Source of the DNA: Candidatus Omnitrophota bacterium
Lineage (GTDB): Bacteria; Omnitrophota; Gorgyraeia; Gygaellales; Profunditerraquicolaceae
DNA: 64,000 bases
Assembly: GCA_026387335.1 (NCBI GenBank)
Contig: JAPLLX010000001.1
Coordinates: 170,620-234,619 of the forward strand
Direction of reading: 5' to 3'
Positions 29,563 to 39,156 of this stretch are shown here, piece after piece. The position numbers were made by a program, and so were the translations under genes. Within the stretch, counting starts at the first letter, position 1. Every line of letters starts with the position of its first letter. The notes beneath the pieces were generated by a model, which worked only from the letters and a program-made list of their open reading frames with translations, searched no databases and was not told where the DNA came from.

Positions 29563-31016
29563 ACATTCTGGGCTTATCTTGCTTTTATCATGATAGCGCC
29601 GCCTGTTTAACCCGCGATGGAGAGATTACCGCAGCCGCTCAGGAAGAACGTTTTAGCCGCAAAAAATACGACCCTCGTTTTCCTACCCAGGCAATTAACT
29701 GGTGCCTTAAATATAACAATGTTAGTTCCCGCGCTTTAGACCGTATAGCTTGCTGTGGAAATAACCTAAGTCTAATTTTTAATCCAAAAGTAAAATTCTA
29801 TAGCCCCCGGGATGCATACCTGGCTGCGGCTTATTATCCTTCGCCCTTTAAAGAAGCGCTTATTCTGGTTAATGATGTTGATACTGGAGTTATCTTTGGC
29901 CGGAGCGAGGGAGAGAGAATCAGTTTAGTTAAAAATTCCATTTTTAAGTATCCTTTAGGCAAGGTTTATGCGCGAGTTAGCCGTTATTTAGGGTTTGGCG
30001 GATATGGCGATGAATTTAAAGTAATGGGTTTAGCTGCTTATGGTAAGCCAATATATAAAGAGAGATTGCTTCCCGCTTCGGCTTCGCCCCGCGGTCGCAA
30101 TGACATAACACAATTCCATATGGATGTTGCCGCTTCCTTACAGGTGGTAATGGAAGAAGAGGTTTTAAAGATTACCGAATATTTATCCGGGCTTAAAATG
30201 AGCGGTAACCTTTGTTTATCTGGAAATATGGCTTTAAATTGCCTGATTAACGCTAAGATTATAAAACAGGGTCTATTTAAAAATATCTGGATTCAACCTG
30301 CCAGCGCTAACGCCGGATGCGCTCTTGGCGCGGCCCTATTAGCCTGGTATGAGAAGAATAAGCGTAATGATGGCCCTGGAATGGACAAGATGAGCGGTAG
30401 TTTTCTTGGCCCGGATTATAATGAAGATTATATTGAGAATTTTTTAAGAAACGAAGGTATTCTTTATAAGAAATTGTACCATACGGATATTGCAAAAATT
30501 GCGGCAGGGTTGATTGCTCAAGGTAAGGTAGTCGGGTGGTTCCAGGGAAGGGCGGAATTTGGGCCCCGGGCCTTGGGGAACCGTTCTATTCTTGGGGATA
30601 GCCGCGACTTACGTATGCATAAGAAGCTTAACCTTGAGGTAAAAAGGCGCGAGGCTTTCCGGCCGTTTGCTCCGACTGTATTGTGGGAGAAAGCGGGTGA
30701 TTATTTTGAATTAGACAGAGAGGATCCGTTTATGCTGTTTACCGCTCAGGTAAAAGAGGAGAAGAAGGCTGAAATTCCCGCGGTAGTCCATATTGATGGC
30801 TCAAGCCGCGTCCAGACTATAAAAAAAGAAAACAATCCTTTGTATTATGATTTAGTAAATGAATTCTATCAAATTACGGGTTGCCCTGTTATAATAAATA
30901 CGTCGTTTAATAGCGGGCCTGAACCGATGGTTTTAAGCCCCGAAGACGCTTACCGCTGCTTTAAGTCATCGGCGATTGATTGTTTAGTTTTAGGGCGTTA
31001 CTTAGTAGAGAAATGA
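29559..31016 (+). CDS. NodU/CmcH family carbamoyltransferase with eroded N-terminal domain
   Basis: HDSAA, QEERFSR, EFKVMGLAAYG, EFGPRALGNRS, RPFAP, HIDGSSRVQT, NTSFN. Confidence 0.85.
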   Translation: MNILGLSCFYHDSAACLTRDGEITAAAQEERFSRKKYDPRFPTQAINWCLKYNNVSSRALDRIACCGNNLSLIFNPKVKFYSPRDAYLAAAYYPSPFKEALILVNDVDTGVIFGRSEGERISLVKNSIFKYPLGKVYARVSRYLGFGGYGDEFKVMGLAAYGKPIYKERLLPASASPRGRNDITQFHMDVAASLQVVMEEEVLKITEYLSGLKMSGNLCLSGNMALNCLINAKIIKQGLFKNIWIQPASANAGCALGAALLAWYEKNKRNDGPGMDKMSGSFLGPDYNEDYIENFLRNEGILYKKLYHTDIAKIAAGLIAQGKVVGWFQGRAEFGPRALGNRSILGDSRDLRMHKKLNLEVKRREAFRPFAPTVLWEKAGDYFELDREDPFMLFTAQVKEEKKAEIPAVVHIDGSSRVQTIKKENNPLYYDLVNEFYQITGCPVIINTSFNSGPEPMVLSPEDAYRCFKSSAIDCLVLGRYLVEK

Positions 31017-31921
31017 TGAAGAATATTTTAGCTATACGTAATGATAGGTTTGGGGAGTTTTTACTCAATATTCCGGCGTTTAGGGCACTTAAAGAAAGTT
31101 TTCCTGGCTCCTTGCTTACTTTGGCGGTAAGCCCAGCGGTTAAAGAGCTAGCGGAATGCGTAGAATATGCTGACCAAGTAGTTATTTGGGATGATGATTT
31201 TGAGAAAAATTTAAGGAAGCAGAAATTTGATACTTGCGTTGTTTTAAATCCTACAAAAGAAGCGCACTGGATAAGTTTTTGGGCGGGGATCCCTAAGCGG
31301 GTTGGTTATAATAGGAAATGGGGCATTTTATTGACCCATAAAATACAGGATAATAAAAACTTAGGCCTCAAGCATGAAGTTGAGTATAATTTGGATTTAG
31401 TTGGTCTAATTGGCGCAAAAACTAGCGATAAGATAGTTCGCTTAGGTAAGTTGCCGCAATATAATAAACCTGAGTATGTGGGAGCGATTGCCGTGCACCC
31501 TTTTACAAGTGATACGCTTAAGCAATGGCCCATTGATAAGTTTAGGCAATTAATAAAACGCTTATCTGAAGAGGCTGGGGTAAAAGTGTTGGTTGTCGGT
31601 AGGGATGAAGTCATCGGCAGAGAATATTTTGATAACCTAGGTAGTAGTATTATAAACTTGGTTAACAGGACCTCGCTTGTTGAATTGGCCCAGATCCTTA
31701 AACAATGCAAGTTATTGGTAACTTGTGACAGCGGGCCGATGCATTTGGCCGCGGCAGTGGGGATACCAGTGGTGGCGTTATTTCGAAATGATTTAGCGGG
31801 TAAAACGCCTAAGCGCTGGGGGCCTTGGGGCAAGAGGCATGTGGTGATTGAAAAAGGCCAACTTACAGATATAAGCGTTGAAGAAGTACTTGACAAAGCC
31901 AAATATATCAGGTATAGTTAG
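31013..31921 (+). CDS. GT9 (heptosyltransferase-like) glycosyltransferase
   Basis: RNDRFGE, KQWP, TSLVELA, DSGPMHLAAA, RWGPW. Confidence 0.88.
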   Translation: MMKNILAIRNDRFGEFLLNIPAFRALKESFPGSLLTLAVSPAVKELAECVEYADQVVIWDDDFEKNLRKQKFDTCVVLNPTKEAHWISFWAGIPKRVGYNRKWGILLTHKIQDNKNLGLKHEVEYNLDLVGLIGAKTSDKIVRLGKLPQYNKPEYVGAIAVHPFTSDTLKQWPIDKFRQLIKRLSEEAGVKVLVVGRDEVIGREYFDNLGSSIINLVNRTSLVELAQILKQCKLLVTCDSGPMHLAAAVGIPVVALFRNDLAGKTPKRWGPWGKRHVVIEKGQLTDISVEEVLDKAKYIRYS

Positions 31922-31947
31922 TTAACAGTTTTGTTAACTAACTATAC
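31890..31947 (+). promoter_or_regulatory. Sigma70 promoter with overlapping 16-bp inverted-repeat operator
   Basis: TTGACA(31890)-N17-TATAGT(31913); perfect IR GTATAGTTAGTTAACA-N4-TGTTAACTAACTATAC. Confidence 0.8.
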
Positions 31948-31951
31948 TCAG

Positions 31952-32545
31952 ATGAACTACACAAAAATTAAGTTATTAAATAAGCTTTACTTTAGCTACC
32001 GGGATATTTCAAGGGTGTTTGGCATATCTCCTGGCTCAGGGCGCGTTGCGGCTACAAGGTTGGTAAAAAGCGGCGACATCACCAGAGTTAAGAGGGATTT
32101 TTATATATTAAGCCAGAGATGGAGCTCTTCTTCTCTGGAAGACCGGTTTATTTTAGCTAACCTACTCCAAGTCCCTTCCTATATATCACTTATGACCGCT
32201 TTAAGTTATTATGAGATCACTACTCAGGTGCAGCGAGATTTTATAGAATCTGTGGGTTACTATAGGACTAAGCTGGTTGAAGTTAAGGAAAGTAGTTTCA
32301 ATTACAGTAAAATAAATAGAAAATTATATTTTGGGTTCGCAAAAATTAAGGGATTTTTTATCGCTAGCCCGGAAAAGGCGTTTCTTGACGCGATCTATCT
32401 TAAGTCTTTAAAAAAATATAATTTTGACCTTACGTCTATTGATCCTAGCAAGTTGAATATTAAGCGGATTAAACTAATGTCCGGAAAATATCCGTTATTA
32501 ACCAGGAAACTATTATTAAAATATGGATATCTTAAGAAAACATGA
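31952..32545 (+). CDS. AbiEi-like type IV antitoxin / wHTH transcriptional regulator
   Basis: N-terminal wHTH (RLVKSGDITRVKRDFY), PSYISLMTALSYY, ASPEKAFLD; start probably ATG 31952 just after the operator. Confidence 0.8.
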   Translation: MNYTKIKLLNKLYFSYRDISRVFGISPGSGRVAATRLVKSGDITRVKRDFYILSQRWSSSSLEDRFILANLLQVPSYISLMTALSYYEITTQVQRDFIESVGYYRTKLVEVKESSFNYSKINRKLYFGFAKIKGFFIASPEKAFLDAIYLKSLKKYNFDLTSIDPSKLNIKRIKLMSGKYPLLTRKLLLKYGYLKKT

Positions 32546-33191
32546 AATATTTGAGATAGAGGTCCTGGAAAAGCTCAAGAATGGAGATTTCTTGAGGCCG
32601 CTTATTTTTATCGGCGGCACAATGCTTAGGCTTTGTTATGAGCTGAGCCGCTATTCCACGGATCTTGATTTCTGGTTTGTTAAAAAAACAGACCAAAAGG
32701 GTTATTTTAATAAACTCAAAAGTTATTTGAGCGGGTTTTATGAAGTTACTGACGCGCAGTTAAAGTTTAATAGCTTGCTTTTAGAGCTACGCAGTAAGAA
32801 TTATCCCAAGCGGCTTAAAATTGAAATCAGGAAAGAGCTTAGGGAGTGTGATATTCAGGAAAGAATCGCCTTTTCAAAATATAGCACTAACCAAGTTGTT
32901 TTAAGGGTGATTGTCCTGGAAGAAGCAATGAAGTATAAGATTATGGCGGCTTTAGATAGAAAAGATATAAGAGATTTTTTTGATTTGGAGTTTTTGCTGC
33001 GGCAAGGTGTTGAGCTTAAGGCCAAAAGCAGTGATTTAGAAGCCTTGAGGGATATTGCAGAGGGTTTTAAAGATAAGGATTATAAGGTCGTTTTAGGCTC
33101 GCTTTTGGAGGCAGATTTGCGTAATTATTACGTGAAGAATAAATTTGAATTCTTAATAGCGAAGATAGATAACTTGGGGAAGAAAATATGA
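32523..33191 (+). CDS. AbiEii/AbiGii-family nucleotidyltransferase toxin
   Basis: FIGGTMLRL, RYSTDLDF, KIEI, K..A..DRKDIRDFFDL. Confidence 0.85.
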   Translation: MDILRKHEIFEIEVLEKLKNGDFLRPLIFIGGTMLRLCYELSRYSTDLDFWFVKKTDQKGYFNKLKSYLSGFYEVTDAQLKFNSLLLELRSKNYPKRLKIEIRKELRECDIQERIAFSKYSTNQVVLRVIVLEEAMKYKIMAALDRKDIRDFFDLEFLLRQGVELKAKSSDLEALRDIAEGFKDKDYKVVLGSLLEADLRNYYVKNKFEFLIAKIDNLGKKI

Positions 33192-34582
33192 ATTACGCGG
33201 TGATTTTAGCAGGAGGGGTGGGAAGCAGATTCTGGCCTTTTTCGCGTGAGCTCGAGCCAAAGCAGTTTATGCGCCTGATTGGCGAAGAAAGCCTGCTGCA
33301 GTCCACATTTAAGCGCCTGAAGGGCATAGTTACGCCCAAGAATACCTTTATTATTACAAATGATATCTATTTTTATGAATTATTAAATCAGATAAAGGGC
33401 TATGGGATACCGGAAGGCAATATTATCCTGGAGCCTGAAGGAAAAAATACCGCTCCGGCAATCGGCCTTTGCGCGAAATTAATCTCTAAACTTGATAAAA
33501 ACGCAACTTTAATAGTTTTGCCAGCTGACCATTATATAAAAGGCCTGTTTAATTTTAAGAGAGCTATTAAAAATGCGATTGAAGCGGCGCGCAATGATTT
33601 ATTAGTTACTATTGGGATTAAGCCGAATAAGCCTTCAACAGCGTATGGGTATATAAAAATAAAGTCAAAAGTCAAAAGTCAAAAGTCAAAAGTCTATTCC
33701 GTGGAGAAATTTCTGGAGAAGCCGGGTTTAGATAAAGCGAAAAAATACTTAAAAGATAAAAGTTTCTTCTGGAACAGCGGGATGTTTATCTGGAAGGCGG
33801 ATATATTTTTAGGAGAGGTAAAGAAATATTTGCCGGATTTGTTCAAACGTCTGGATTCCATAAAATCAGTAAATGATATTAAGAAAATCTGGCCGAAGAT
33901 AAAATCAATCTCGGTTGATTATGGGATAATGGAGCATTCTAAGAAGATCGCGCTTATTCCGGCAAACTTTTATTGGACGGATTTGGGAAGTTGGGATGCG
34001 CTGGCGGAAATATTGCCGAAAGATAAGAAGGGGAATATTACTAACAGCGATACTTTGAATGTGGATAGCCAGGGCGTATGCGTATTTTCCAGAGGCAACA
34101 GGTTGGTTTCAACCATCGGTGTTAATAATATGGTTATCGCGGATACCCCAGATGCTTTGTTAGTTTGTGACAGGAATAGGACTCAGGATGTGAAACAGCT
34201 GGTGGAGAGGTTAAAGACGCTTAAGCGTAAAGAGCATCAGGTGCATTTGACTGAACGTAGGCCTTGGGGGTCGTTTACTGTTTTGCAGGAGGGGCCAGGT
34301 TTTAAGATCAAGCTTATTGAGCTTGCGCCAAAAAAACGCCTTAGTCTACAAAGACATAAAAATCGCGCTGAGCATTGGGTAGTAGTTTCCGGTATGGCCA
34401 AGACAACTCGCGCCGGCAAGGTTTCATTTGTGCGCAGTAATGAGAGTGTGTATATACCTAAGGGTAGGAAGCATCGCTTGGAAAATCCTTTGCGTATACC
34501 TTTGAAGATTGTGGAAGTGCAAACAGGCGCGTATTTGGAAGAGGATGATATTGAGAGATTTGAGGATGATTTTAAAAGGTAA
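33188..34582 (+). CDS. manC: Mannose-1-phosphate guanylyltransferase / mannose-6-phosphate isomerase
   Basis: LAGGVGSRFWP, EPEGKNTAPA, FLEKP, WNSGMF, DLGSW; cupin RPWG, LSLQRH, EEDDIERFED. Confidence 0.93.
   Translation: MNYAVILAGGVGSRFWPFSRELEPKQFMRLIGEESLLQSTFKRLKGIVTPKNTFIITNDIYFYELLNQIKGYGIPEGNIILEPEGKNTAPAIGLCAKLISKLDKNATLIVLPADHYIKGLFNFKRAIKNAIEAARNDLLVTIGIKPNKPSTAYGYIKIKSKVKSQKSKVYSVEKFLEKPGLDKAKKYLKDKSFFWNSGMFIWKADIFLGEVKKYLPDLFKRLDSIKSVNDIKKIWPKIKSISVDYGIMEHSKKIALIPANFYWTDLGSWDALAEILPKDKKGNITNSDTLNVDSQGVCVFSRGNRLVSTIGVNNMVIADTPDALLVCDRNRTQDVKQLVERLKTLKRKEHQVHLTERRPWGSFTVLQEGPGFKIKLIELAPKKRLSLQRHKNRAEHWVVVSGMAKTTRAGKVSFVRSNESVYIPKGRKHRLENPLRIPLKIVEVQTGAYLEEDDIERFEDDFKR
33661..33694 (+). 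repeat. Heptamer tandem repeat (AAAAGTC)x~5 inside manC
   Basis: aaagtc + (aaaagtc)x4, read as KSKVKSQKSKV. Confidence 0.9.
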
Positions 34583-34595
34583 ACCAGATTATTAG

Positions 34596-34646
34596 TTGAC
34601 ATAAGTTATACAACAATATATATTACTATATACATTGTTGTATAAC
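34596..34646 (+). promoter_or_regulatory. Sigma70 promoter with overlapping inverted-repeat operator
   Basis: TTGACA(34596)-N17-TATATT(34619); IR GTTATACAACAAT (34605-34617) / ATTGTTGTATAAC (34634-34646). Confidence 0.78.
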
Positions 34647-34659
34647 AGGAGTGTGTTAT

Positions 34660-34980
34660 ATGAGAGGCTTAATTAAGGGTGTGTTGTCAGAAGAATTGGG
34701 TAACTCTCTGCGTATGAAAAAAAGATATGTAGAGGAGCTCGATAAGCTTCCTAAGGGGTGCCTCTCCCGTAAAAAAATTAAAGGACACTATTATTTTTAT
34801 TTAGTTCAAAGACATAAAGGTAAGTTTCTATACAATTATAAGGGTAGGCTTTCGCCCGATGAAGTTAAAAAACATAAGTCTTTACAGCTTAAGCGCGCGG
34901 GTTACCGTAAGTCTTTAAGCAAACTAAATAAACAGATTAAGTTTTTACGGAGTACTTTACGTGGAAAACAGCCAGTATAA
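34660..34980 (+). CDS. Small basic putative DNA-binding protein (antitoxin-like partner)
   Basis: LPKGCLSRKKIKGHYYFYL..YKGRL plus C-terminal coiled coil; AGGAG before ATG 34660. Confidence 0.6.
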   Translation: MRGLIKGVLSEELGNSLRMKKRYVEELDKLPKGCLSRKKIKGHYYFYLVQRHKGKFLYNYKGRLSPDEVKKHKSLQLKRAGYRKSLSKLNKQIKFLRSTLRGKQPV

Positions 34981-35641
34981 ATTATGTACAGAAGTCTTAA
35001 AAAGGCTGGATGGTTCTGGGATATTAAAACACTTAGTTCTTATTGGAAGCTGGTGCGTTCCTTTTTATAAAGAATATTTTTCAGATGTAGAGTATTCTAC
35101 TTCTATAACAACCAGAGATCTCGATTTCTTTGTTCCCCTACCGCTTGTAACAAAAAACAAAATTGATATTGAGAAATTGTTAGATGGACTTGGTTTTGTC
35201 ATTGATTTTAAGGGTTCTGACGGTTACATTAAGTTATACCATCCTGAGCTTATTCTAGAGTTTCTGGTTACGGAAAAAGGCGTGGGTTTAAATAAGCCTT
35301 ATAAATTGGATCAACTTGGGATTAATGCCCAGCCTTTACGGTTTCTTAATTTACTTACAGCGAAACTTATAAATGTTATGGTTGAAGGAATTAGAATTAA
35401 TTTGCCTCATCCCGCCCTTTTTGCTTTACACAAGTTGATTGTATCAGATAGAAGGATAAAAAAGGACAAAAAAGTCAAAGATTTAGATACGGCAATTAGA
35501 ATAATAAGGGCATTGCTTGATAAAGGCGAAGCTAATAAATTGAAATTTTTCTTTATGGGTTTTACTCCTAAGTTGCGTAACAGAATTACGGCTGTATTGA
35601 AAGATGACGGCCAATTAGATTTAGTGGATGTGCTTATATGA
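34961..35641 (+). CDS. Nucleotidyltransferase-fold protein (GSU2403-like)
   Basis: LVLIGSW, TRDLDF, LEFL, PHPALFALHKL, KKVKD. Confidence 0.72.
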   Translation: MENSQYKLCTEVLKRLDGSGILKHLVLIGSWCVPFYKEYFSDVEYSTSITTRDLDFFVPLPLVTKNKIDIEKLLDGLGFVIDFKGSDGYIKLYHPELILEFLVTEKGVGLNKPYKLDQLGINAQPLRFLNLLTAKLINVMVEGIRINLPHPALFALHKLIVSDRRIKKDKKVKDLDTAIRIIRALLDKGEANKLKFFFMGFTPKLRNRITAVLKDDGQLDLVDVLI

Positions 35642-36708
35642 TAAAATTGTTAATTATTAACCCTTTTGGCATCGGAGATGTTTTATTCACCACGCCGGTA
35701 ATCAAGGCGATAAAGGAAAAATACGGGAATAGTTTTATCGGTTACTGGTGTAATCGCAGAGTGCGGCCATTATTGGAAGCAAACCCTGGAATCAACAAGC
35801 TTTTTGATTTAAACCGGGGGGATCTTAAAAAAATATACCAAGAATCATTTTTTAGCGGGCTTGGGGAAACTTTAAAGCTCGGATGGGAGATTAAAAAAGG
35901 TAACTTTGACATTTGTTTTGACTTTTCGCTGGACTACCGCTATAGTTTATTTGCAAAAATAATCGGCATACGCAAAAGAATAGGTTTTAATTATAAGGGC
36001 CGGGGCAGGTTTCTTACGGATAGAGTTGATTTAGATGGTTATAGCGCTAAGCATGTTGTGGAGTATTATCTGGGGTTGCTTAGCTTTCTGGGTATAGAAA
36101 CAGAAGATAAATCTTTGGATTTGATTGTTTCTTCTGTTGCTCAAACAAAGGCTCAGAATATACTTAGCTCAAAAGGGATTGAAAGAGGCGACTTGTTGGT
36201 TGGTATTGCTCCCGGAGCCGGCGGGAGTTGGGGTAAGGACGCAAGTTACAAGCATTGGCCGCCATTAAAGTTCGCCCAGGTAGCGGATAAACTTATGGAT
36301 AAATTTAAAGTAAAAGTAGTAATTCTGGGAGATGAAACCGAACAGCCAATTTCGGATGTAATTATTAATTCTATGCGCCAAAAACCCATAGATTTGACCG
36401 GAAAGATTAAGCTGGAGGTACTCCCGGCAATAATCAAAAGTTTAAACCTTTTGCTATCCAATGACGGCGGACCGATGCATATGGCCGTTGCTTTAGGTAT
36501 AAAAACTGTTTCGGTATTCGGGCCGGTGAGCGAGCGGGTTTACGGGCCGTATCCGGATAGCCGCAACCACGTAGTTTTAAAATGGGATATGGAGTGCCGG
36601 CCATGCTATAAGAATTTTAGGCTACCCGTTTGCGATAAAGATAAGGAATGCTTGAGGCAGGTGAGCGCTGATGCGGTGTTTGATGCAGCGGAAAGGTTGT
36701 TAAGTTAA
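35638..36708 (+). CDS. GT9 LPS heptosyltransferase-like (WaaF-like)
   Basis: GIGDVLFTTP, APGAG..KHWP, NDGGPMHMA, CRPC..C..C. Confidence 0.88.
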   Translation: MIKLLIINPFGIGDVLFTTPVIKAIKEKYGNSFIGYWCNRRVRPLLEANPGINKLFDLNRGDLKKIYQESFFSGLGETLKLGWEIKKGNFDICFDFSLDYRYSLFAKIIGIRKRIGFNYKGRGRFLTDRVDLDGYSAKHVVEYYLGLLSFLGIETEDKSLDLIVSSVAQTKAQNILSSKGIERGDLLVGIAPGAGGSWGKDASYKHWPPLKFAQVADKLMDKFKVKVVILGDETEQPISDVIINSMRQKPIDLTGKIKLEVLPAIIKSLNLLLSNDGGPMHMAVALGIKTVSVFGPVSERVYGPYPDSRNHVVLKWDMECRPCYKNFRLPVCDKDKECLRQVSADAVFDAAERLLS

Positions 36709-36717
36709 GAGGGATTA

Positions 36718-37836
36718 ATGAAAATATCTGCGTTAGATCTTAAGAGACAAATTGCGCCGATTCGCCAGGAAATAGACGCGGCGATAAAAGGGGTAATTGA
36801 TAATACCAGTTTTATCCTTGGAGCTCAGGTTGAAAAGTTTGAGCAGCATATTGCGCAATATTCTGGGGCAAAATACGCAATTGGGGTTTCCAATGGAACT
36901 GATGCTCTAGCGCTGGCTTTGATGGCGTTGGGGATTAAAGCCGGAGACGGGGTGATCTGCCCTACGTTTACCTACTACGCTACGGCAGGGGCAGTGGCCA
37001 GTATCGGGGCGCGGCCGGTTTTTGCGGATATTGACAGGGATACTTATAACATTTCTATAGAGAGCGTTGAGAAGATTTTAACTAAGAAAAATAAACTTAA
37101 AATAAAAGCAATTATCCCGGTGCATCTTTACGGCCAATGCGCGGATATGGACGGGATTCTAAAGTTGTCCCGTAAATATAAATTAAAGGTTATTGAAGAC
37201 GCGGCTCAAAGCTTTGGCGCGGAGTATCGAGGTAGGAAAGCCGGCACGTTGGGAGATTGCGGCGCAGTGAGTTTTTATCCGGGTAAAAACCTTGGCGCTT
37301 TCGGGGATGCTGGATTAATTTTAACAAATAATAAAGCTGTCGCTGAAAAATTAAAAATCCTGCGTAATCAAGGAAATGAGAATAAATATTATCATTTAGT
37401 TTTAGGTAGGAATAATCGTATGGATACAATTCAGGCAGTTGTACTGGATGTAAAGCTGAAGTATTTGGATGCCTGGAATAAAAGAAGGCTGGAGATCGCG
37501 CAGTATTATAATAAAAATCTGGCGGGAGTAGCGATAAAGACCCCGTTTGTGCCTAGCTATACCACGCATATTTATCATCAGTATACATTGAGGGCATTTA
37601 AATCCAACAAGAAATTCATGGATTATTTACAGGAAAAAGGGATTGACTCGCGCGTATTTTATCCGATGCCGCTACATTTACAGATTTGTTTTAAGTATTT
37701 AGGATATAAAAGAGGGGATTTTCCGGAAGCTGAAAAAGCCGCGGGGCAGATTCTGACTCTGCCTATTGACCCGGAACTTAGCCGTAAGGAATTAGATTAT
37801 ATTGTTCAAACTGTGAAGGAGTATATGCATGGTTAA
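36718..37836 (+). CDS. DegT/DnrJ/EryC1/StrS sugar aminotransferase
   Basis: SNGTDAL, PVHLYGQ, EDAAQSFG, SFYPGKNLGAFGDAG. Confidence 0.93.
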   Translation: MKISALDLKRQIAPIRQEIDAAIKGVIDNTSFILGAQVEKFEQHIAQYSGAKYAIGVSNGTDALALALMALGIKAGDGVICPTFTYYATAGAVASIGARPVFADIDRDTYNISIESVEKILTKKNKLKIKAIIPVHLYGQCADMDGILKLSRKYKLKVIEDAAQSFGAEYRGRKAGTLGDCGAVSFYPGKNLGAFGDAGLILTNNKAVAEKLKILRNQGNENKYYHLVLGRNNRMDTIQAVVLDVKLKYLDAWNKRRLEIAQYYNKNLAGVAIKTPFVPSYTTHIYHQYTLRAFKSNKKFMDYLQEKGIDSRVFYPMPLHLQICFKYLGYKRGDFPEAEKAAGQILTLPIDPELSRKELDYIVQTVKEYMHG

Positions 37837-38581
37837 TTTATCGGTTGTCGTATTGACTAAGAATGAAGAGTCTTGTATTGCCGAGTGCTTAGAGTCAGTG
37901 AAGTGGGCAAATGAAATTATTGTGGTAGATGATGAGAGTACGGATAAGACTGTTGAGATTGTCAAAAGATATACCACTAAAATTTTTCATCGCAAGATGG
38001 GTATTGAAGGAAAACACCGGAATTGGGCGTATGAACAGGCAGCTAATTTGTGGGTATTAAGCTTGGATGCTGACGAAAAGGTCACTCCGGAATTAAAAAT
38101 TGAAATTGAAGAAGCGATTAAGTCCCAGGAATTTATTGCATTTGATATACCGTTGCGTAATTACATCGGCAACTATTGGGTAAAATATGGCGGATGGTAT
38201 CCGGCGTCCAAGGTAAGGCTTTTTAGGAAGGATAAGTTTAAGTATGAAGAAGCAGAGGTCCACCCTCGGATAATCCTGGATGGAAAATGCGGCCACTTAA
38301 AAAGCGATATTATCCACAAGGGTTATCCGGATCTAGAGCATTTTATGAATAGTGTTAACCGGCAGTCAACCTTAGAGGCGAAGAAATGGATAAATACCGG
38401 ACGGAAAATGACTTTACTCTGGATTACCTGGCGCACAGTGGATAGATTTTTTAGGAGATATTTTGGCAAAAAAGGGTATAAAGACGGAATATATGGGTTT
38501 GTGATTGCTTATTTTGATTCATTGTATCAGATATTAAGTTACGTCAAGTTCAGAGAAATGCAGAAACAATTAAAAAAATGA
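37829..38581 (+). CDS. GT2 LPS core glycosyltransferase (WaaE/KdtX-like)
   Basis: VLTKNEE, DDESTDKT, LDADE, GGWYP..RLF, VHP. Confidence 0.85.
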   Translation: MVNLSVVVLTKNEESCIAECLESVKWANEIIVVDDESTDKTVEIVKRYTTKIFHRKMGIEGKHRNWAYEQAANLWVLSLDADEKVTPELKIEIEEAIKSQEFIAFDIPLRNYIGNYWVKYGGWYPASKVRLFRKDKFKYEEAEVHPRIILDGKCGHLKSDIIHKGYPDLEHFMNSVNRQSTLEAKKWINTGRKMTLLWITWRTVDRFFRRYFGKKGYKDGIYGFVIAYFDSLYQILSYVKFREMQKQLKK

Positions 38582-39114
38582 AAGTTGTGTTTTTAGATAG
38601 AGATGGGGTAATTAATAAGTATCCGGGTGATAAGCTGTACGTCACTTCGTTAAAAAAGTTTTGTTTTTTGCCCGGCGCAAAGAAAGCAATTGCCAAATTA
38701 ACAAAAGCCGGTTTTAAAATATTTATTGCTTCTAATCAGGCAGGTATTGGAAGAGGAATATACGCTAAGCGCACGCTGGCTGCGATTACCGCTAAGATGC
38801 TCTCAGGGATTGAGAAGGCCGGTGGCAAAATTACTAAAGTTTATTATTGCATACATCGTAAGGACGAAGGTTGCCTGTGTCGCAAACCTAAGCCAGGATT
38901 GCTTAAAAAGGCCTCCAAAGAATTCAAATTCAGCCTTAAAAATTCCTATTTTATAGGCGATACTATCCGCGATGTGCTTACTGCGCATGCAGCAGGTTGT
39001 AAATCCATTCTGGTGTTAAACGGTAAGGAAAAACTGGTAAATCAAAAGAACTGGGAAGCAAAGCCGGATTTTGTGTTTAAAGACCTCTTGGAAGTAGCGA
39101 AATTTTTAATTTAA
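38578..39114 (+). CDS. gmhB: D-glycero-D-manno-heptose 1,7-bisphosphate phosphatase
   Basis: FLDRDGVIN, SNQAGIGRG, CIH..C.CRKPKPG, IGD..RD. Confidence 0.9.
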   Translation: MKVVFLDRDGVINKYPGDKLYVTSLKKFCFLPGAKKAIAKLTKAGFKIFIASNQAGIGRGIYAKRTLAAITAKMLSGIEKAGGKITKVYYCIHRKDEGCLCRKPKPGLLKKASKEFKFSLKNSYFIGDTIRDVLTAHAAGCKSILVLNGKEKLVNQKNWEAKPDFVFKDLLEVAKFLI

Positions 39115-39117
39115 AAC

Positions 39118-39153
39118 GAGATTGCTTCGGGCACTTTGCGCCCTCGCAATGAC
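39118..39153. repeat. Short REP/RPE-like palindromic element (GAGATTGC...TCGCAATGAC family)
   Basis: GAGATTGCTTCGGGCACTTTGCGCCCTCGCAATGAC; ATTGC/GCAAT and GGGC/GCCC stems; fills the intergenic gap. Confidence 0.6.
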
Positions 39154-39156
39154 GAG

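Noticed and set aside
32432-32440. ACGTCTATT as a third ECF promoter copy
   Set aside because: Lacks the upstream TTAGATTT element at the right spacing and is intragenic
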